Notes under the pieces: generated by a model
The model's database searches: none
What the model was told of the DNA's origin: nothing
The model's input: the letters and a program-made list of their open reading frames with translations, nothing else
Position numbers and translations under genes: made by a program
In this document: positions 58,541 to 64,000 of the stretch, one piece after another
How the letters are laid out: the number at the start of each line of letters is the position of its first letter
Position numbering within the stretch: position 1 is the first letter of the stretch
Source: Oculina patagonica
Taxonomy: Eukaryota
Assembly: GCF_052425735.1 (NCBI RefSeq)
Contig: NC_135758.1
Location: 28,768,001 to 28,832,000, forward strand
Direction of reading: 5' to 3'
DNA length: 64,000 nt

Positions 58541-61500
58541 GCATTATTTCAAGACAGTATTTTTCTGCCAAAGTTGTAACAGCTTCCTGGCTTTCTAGTA
58601 CAGTTGCATACTATGTTGCATTCCATGTAACAAAGTGACAATGAAAGACATTTAGTTAGCATGGTTCAAGTTTAAATGTCAATTTTGTGATCAAAGTAGC
58701 TCAATATTTGCGTTTTTTTTAAATTGGTTAGAAACTAACCTTACCTTGGGATGCACAACTTAATAAAAAATACCATCCAAAGGAAATTATTGTAAAATTT
58801 TATTTACTTGACAAACTCCTTTCCCCCTTTTATAGCAAATGAGTCAGTCTCTAAACTATCAACTTTAATCAACGATGTCTATTTCAGTGTTTAATTACTT
58901 GGATATCTTTTGCTTTTTGGGCTCACATTTTCACTCACAACAATAGACCTTTTTAGCTTTGTGTGTCAATTGCCCATCACAAATCACACGATGCTCCCTA
59001 GAGAATTTCCTTTTAACTCTCTGAATATCGTGAAGTAATTCTCAAGGGTAACATCACATAGTCAGAAATGGGACAACAAACAAACAAAGCCCAAAAGGTC
59101 TATTCCCAGTCTGTCTGGGCTTCAAACATACTGACTTGCTATACTGAAACGTCACCGCCTTTGCATGCATTGCGTGCCGGTTATTGTACACGCACACGCG
59201 TGCAAAACAACTTCCGTCAACATCTGTATCACTCTAATATCCTCATTCATGAATGAGCATAAATAAGGACAATGTCTATCCACCTTCAAAACATAGGAGA
59301 TTTTCGACAGCCTGTTTTGCGAACTTCTGGCTTAATGTAATAAAACATGTGCATAATTTTAGAAAAATAGATTCCTTTTTGAATGATTTTCTTCTCCATT
59401 TACATCTTTTTTAAGTGAGTTTTCTTACCGTTTTATCGCATCGAAGCGATTTCACAAGCAAGCAAAGTCGCCAAAGTTGTCCCCAGGACAACTTTGTCAA
59501 GGTATGATAATTATTCTTATACCGAAAGCGTAAAACGCATTTACTGTTGTGTGTCTAAGATTCTCTTATTGTCTTTAGTTTCAAGTTAAATAAAGTTTCT
59601 AACACCGCGTTTTTTCTAGTTTACTCTACTTTTTAGTTAATTATCATTATGGAGTAATCAATAGTTACTGCATTGACAATAACTCGCTCAAAAGACTAAT
59701 TACATTTTTGTTTACATTTCACAACGTTTTTTAAAAGAGGTTTCGCGACTTCGTTAAAAAGTTTTTTTTTGTAACAGTTCCGATAGAGCAAGTTTGTCGG
59801 CTATTCAGTAGCTGCCTGCGCAAGCGTGTAGACTGTGGTTAAAAAAAGAGGTTCGCCTAAAGCGCAAAATGAAGTTAACTGTTACAGTTAAAAAGCAAGT
59901 TAAACAAGTAAAAAATATGTTTACCACGTATTTTACTGACTTGATAATTCATTTTTTTTTTAAAAGTCCGCCTTCGGAATTTCGAACGATTATCCTCATG
60001 TACCGAAATTCTGCAAAATTTGATTACAATAGTTTATTATGAGGCATGCATAGAACGCAAAATTGCATCGCTATTATAAGAAGTTACTTTATTTACTATA
60101 ATAAATATGCAGAATCATAACAAGTTTTGTGTTGTCGTTCGAGGGAACGTTGAAAAAAAGTTTGCAAATGGAAAGTTTACTGAGTAAGAGGGAAACAAAG
60201 CTTAAGTAACAGTTGTTTAGGGGAGGGTCAAAATCGGCGAAGGGGGGTCAATATCTGCTAGCGGATTTGGTCCGGGGGGTCAAAATCGGCGGGGGGGGGG
60301 GGGGTCAAAATCCGCTGTGACACCGGCTGTAGTTAAAAACATTGAATTTTATATTTAGAAATAAACATGTATACGAGTCAGAGCCACCCCGAATGCCCCT
60401 CAAAACACGAACTGTGCTCGAAACTGTGCCATGCCATTGACGTGCTACAGACGTTTAGTTTGTAGGTGAAGGACACCGATTCTTTCAAATCTAACCTTAG
60501 AAAACGTTCAAGAATACAATCGATAGTAAAAGATAAGTTGAGAAGTGTCATGGCGGCGTATTGAAAGTAAATCGCACGAACTCTGAAGCAACCAGGACCA
60601 GTCTTAGGCGCATATTCCTTTCTTAATATAGAAACCCAAACATTTTTAATTTGGTAATAAAACCCCCATCCACACACTTTCAAAATAAGAGAAAAAGGTA
60701 ATAATTCATGGAATATGGAAAACTTGATTTTTGATACCGAAAACTTGTTCCTTTGCTTTTCTTGGTGACAGCATAGTGCTGAACAATGGAACCATGGACA
60801 TCTTTGGAAATCACACTATTTTTTATTGTAAAATAAACCTCTTACTTAGATACATTACACTAATTGATGCTACAATTATTTTTTTACTAGAAAGTGTAAC
60901 CCAAGGCATCGAAAGGTACTCAAGGGCAATCAAAGAACAACTGGTTTAGTTATATCCTAGCAAAGCGAAGATAGATTTTTTTCCCTTGGTATTGATTTGC
61001 TAGGAATGCGGAAGACATGAAGTTCATAACAAAACTTTACTTGCAAATAAAATTTTAAGCGACAATTGAACTGACTTTTGTAATATTTTCCCCATAATAC
61101 AGTGAGGGGATGGAAACATGGGATGATTATTGAAAATTGCCGATAATGGATGTCAAGTTTTTTATTTCAGTGACACACAAATTTTTTTCCCCTCTCCTAT
61201 GGCAATGTGCAGTTGATTGCCATTAATTTTGCTGGCAAAACACTTTTTTAGGGAACTTCTTGTAAAAATGTTTGTAATGGGTTACTAGAACTTACAGTGA
61301 AACTTCTCCAACCACGGCCACCTGACAAAATCTGTGCGAAATAGGGAATGAAAACCTTGTATGTTAACCACAAATTTCCTACAAAATGTGGATCTACCCC
61401 AGCTACATGCTACAGAAGCAATAAATGTGTGACCATTTGTTTTAACATGCAATCACTATCGGTCAATTTGTAAAGAATTTGCTAGGGAGGCCTTGGTTGA

Positions 61501-61776
61501 AGTAGTCACATTGTGATATACCAGCTATGTGTCAAATTCCACATAGCCATTTTTCCCATTGGGTGTTTGTAGTGCCTTTAAAAACAGAGAAAAGCAAATA
61601 TTTTAGACTAATTTTGTTTTTTCTCTTTGGAAAATTGGAGCATAAAAACACCAAATTATGTACATGGATCCTAATTCATTTCTATATAATTAAACTATTC
61701 GATATGAGGTTTCTTTTAATAAGTTGTCACCAACTTAAAACTTACTGCTTCTGCTTTACAGTAAAACAACTTTTCT

Positions 61777-62182
61777 CAGGGGCACCCAACGAGAATATAG
61801 TTCAAAACCACTTAAAGATAGCACCGTTGAACGTATTTTAGTATTTAAACGGTAGATCTATATAGGCATATTTTTATCCCCTAAAATTTTTTTATCTGTT
61901 CGGATTTCCTAGCTGAAAGTCTAGTGATCCGAAAGTTATAGGGATCAAAACTTACCTTTTCGAAAAAATTCCAGCCAGAGGGGCTCCCGAAAATTCTAGG
62001 TGACCTTTTTAGAGTAAAAATCAGTTAAAAATGAACAATTATACCAGTTTTTTAGATATTCGAAAATCCTAGGAGGAAAGGCAGGCAAGCAAAAAAATTT
62101 ACAATGAATGTTCTGAAAATTCTAGATCTCAAATCGTCTTCCGAACAGATATTTTAACGAAATATTCCGTTGGGTGCCCCTG
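61777..62182. mobile_element. MITE with 6-bp TSD (hAT6-like)
   Basis: TIRs caggggcacccaacg and cgttgggtgcccctg; TTTTCT duplicated. Empty site at ~976-995 in the paralog. Confidence 0.88.
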
Positions 62183-62201
62183 TTTTCTGTTAGTTTCAAG
62201 G

Positions 62202-63581
62202 TCATTCCTTTACTATGAACAAAAGCTCTGCACACAAACTTTCGGAAAGACCTCCATAGGTGGGGTCACGATAAAACTCCTTATGTTCAAAGTCAAATCT
62301 TACTCCAGAAACAAAAGCATAATCAATATCATTTCCAAGATGACGGCCAGGGCCATTTACATATGCTTCATAGAGGTAAAGAACATTTCTCTCAACAGCA
62401 AGTGGCTCATCAAAAATAACATCAAAGCCATAATAAAATCCACTGTTACACTTCCTTTCCTTAGAGATAAAAGTCCCAGTTTTAGATGCAAGAACTACAT
62501 GATCACCATCATCATCACCATCATCATCTTCATCATCATGAAAAAGAAAAAAATCCAATTTGACTGTAAATTCACCACCATTGTTACCCAAAAGAGAAAC
62601 ACCATGCAATATTATGTCCTTGTCAACTTTGAGACAAAAGAAGTCATAATCGTCAGGATCATTTTTGAGGTATCTGTCATGAAGAAAACTCTTGAATCTG
62701 CAACATCGTAACAGGGAACCCATTCTGTGAACATTAGTGAAACCAACTGGTGAAGTCACAGTAGAGCTGAAATATTCCATGATGTCACTTGTTTCCTGTT
62801 GTAGTAAAATTTTGCTTTCGAGCACAGCATCCACGAACTCTTTCTCCTTCATGATTGGAAAACGAATATTTTTCACAATCTGTTCTCCAAGGGCTTGTCT
62901 TTTGACAGAGCCGTCCATTTTAAGTTGTTGCCTCTTGCATTCTTCTTTTGCCCAGCAATCTACAGCCTTGAACAACTCCACTTCTCTGATGTTTAGCGTA
63001 TCTCTTTCCACTAACTGGTTTACAAAAGATCTCTCCATGCTCAGAAATTCATTTGATTTCAAGGCCTCTTCAGTGTCCTTGTCGATCAAATCCCAGCAAC
63101 AACACAAAAGAATTTTATTTTCAAACTGTTGAGCGTGTTGTAAGACACAAAACACGTTTGATAAATCAAGATTCTTTCCTAAGTACTCAGTACATTCATC
63201 GGTTAAGCAAGGAATCATGTATTTCTCGGCCAGATACAACACTTGCATCACGTTATTTGCGTTCAAGCAAACTTCATCAGTGTAGATGTAACGCAACAAC
63301 TCCAACATACCTTCGTATTCACAGTCAGGGAGATCAATATGTTCTTTGGTTTCAGCCATTTCACCGCAAAACATTGCAAAAAACACAGGACTGCAAATCG
63401 ACAACAAGAACTTGTGAGCTGGAATGGCAATCTTGCTTCTCTTGCTGTCACACTCTTCATGTTTTTGGGACGCTTGCACGACAAATTTGACGTCACTTAG
63501 GATCTCGTTGTTAAACAGAGACTTGCATCTTTCTTTGTGATCCATTGACCAGGTCTTTGAAAGTGCTTTCAGCGTAGACAT
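62202..63581 (-). CDS. BTB/POZ-BACK-PHR protein, intact; near-identical to 999-2360
   Basis: 459-aa ORF. Differs from 999-2360 by a few substitutions and a 6-aa acidic expansion. Confidence 0.93.
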   Translation of the reverse strand: MSTLKALSKTWSMDHKERCKSLFNNEILSDVKFVVQASQKHEECDSKRSKIAIPAHKFLLSICSPVFFAMFCGEMAETKEHIDLPDCEYEGMLELLRYIYTDEVCLNANNVMQVLYLAEKYMIPCLTDECTEYLGKNLDLSNVFCVLQHAQQFENKILLCCCWDLIDKDTEEALKSNEFLSMERSFVNQLVERDTLNIREVELFKAVDCWAKEECKRQQLKMDGSVKRQALGEQIVKNIRFPIMKEKEFVDAVLESKILLQQETSDIMEYFSSTVTSPVGFTNVHRMGSLLRCCRFKSFLHDRYLKNDPDDYDFFCLKVDKDIILHGVSLLGNNGGEFTVKLDFFLFHDDEDDDGDDDGDHVVLASKTGTFISKERKCNSGFYYGFDVIFDEPLAVERNVLYLYEAYVNGPGRHLGNDIDYAFVSGVRFDFEHKEFYRDPTYGGLSESLCAELLFIVKE

Positions 63582-64000
63582 GACTTATTTTCCTTCCAAA
63601 AGGTATATCTGATTCGGCCCTCGCGACTACAGTTTTCTGTTGGCGGACTCGTTTTTGTACAGCGGGTGGCTTCGTAAAAAGAGATTGCGTTGTATATGCT
63701 ACACAGACATTCATTGTCCTGACTGAAGGAACTGGCAACTGAGATCAGCTGAGGGTATTATTCTTTCCGGCCTTTTTGTTGAGAAGGATAAGGGAAAAGA
63801 ATTCTCACCTTAGTGCTAAAAGTTTACAATTTTGAACTGCGGTTAACGGAGTAAATTAAATGTTCGTGTATGTTACTCTCAATAACAAAACCTTTCACAA
63901 TGACCGCTGATAGGATCCCCCCCCCCCCCCCCCCTCATAGGAAACCGGGATAGGAAACGAGCTCCCTTTTCGAGCATGTTCAGAATTCCGTTGCTTACAA

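Noticed and set aside
60215-60326. ggggtcaaaatc repeats ending in gctgtgacaccgg as the Helentron end
   Set aside because: Looks like one terminus of an unrelated TIR element; no partner end was found, so it was not called.

Overview
Eukaryotic, AT-rich genomic DNA with no prokaryotic features. The MITE/SINE repertoire suggests a cnidarian such as a stony coral; this is inference, not proven. The backbone is a tandem array of single-exon BTB/POZ-BACK-PHR genes (BTBD1/2/3/6-like, presumed Cullin-3 substrate adaptors) built from head-to-head pairs. It holds five intact ORFs, one 5'-truncated duplicate and three pseudogenes, with near-identical BTB domains and highly divergent PHR domains. The array is invaded by many transposons: an intact BEL/Pao LTR retrotransposon with identical LTRs, a full-length but broken Tx1/L1 LINE, a tRNA/CORE-type SINE, an RTE 3' fragment, a foldback-like satellite-armed TE nest and about a dozen MITEs. 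The standout is an intact 2494-aa Helentron-type RepHel-endonuclease ORF (49475-56959). Its N-terminus carries a 2A/StopGo motif (DVEMNPGP) followed by a herpesvirus tegument-type (peptidase C76-like) deubiquitinase/deneddylase domain, in place of the OTU protease reported for such elements.
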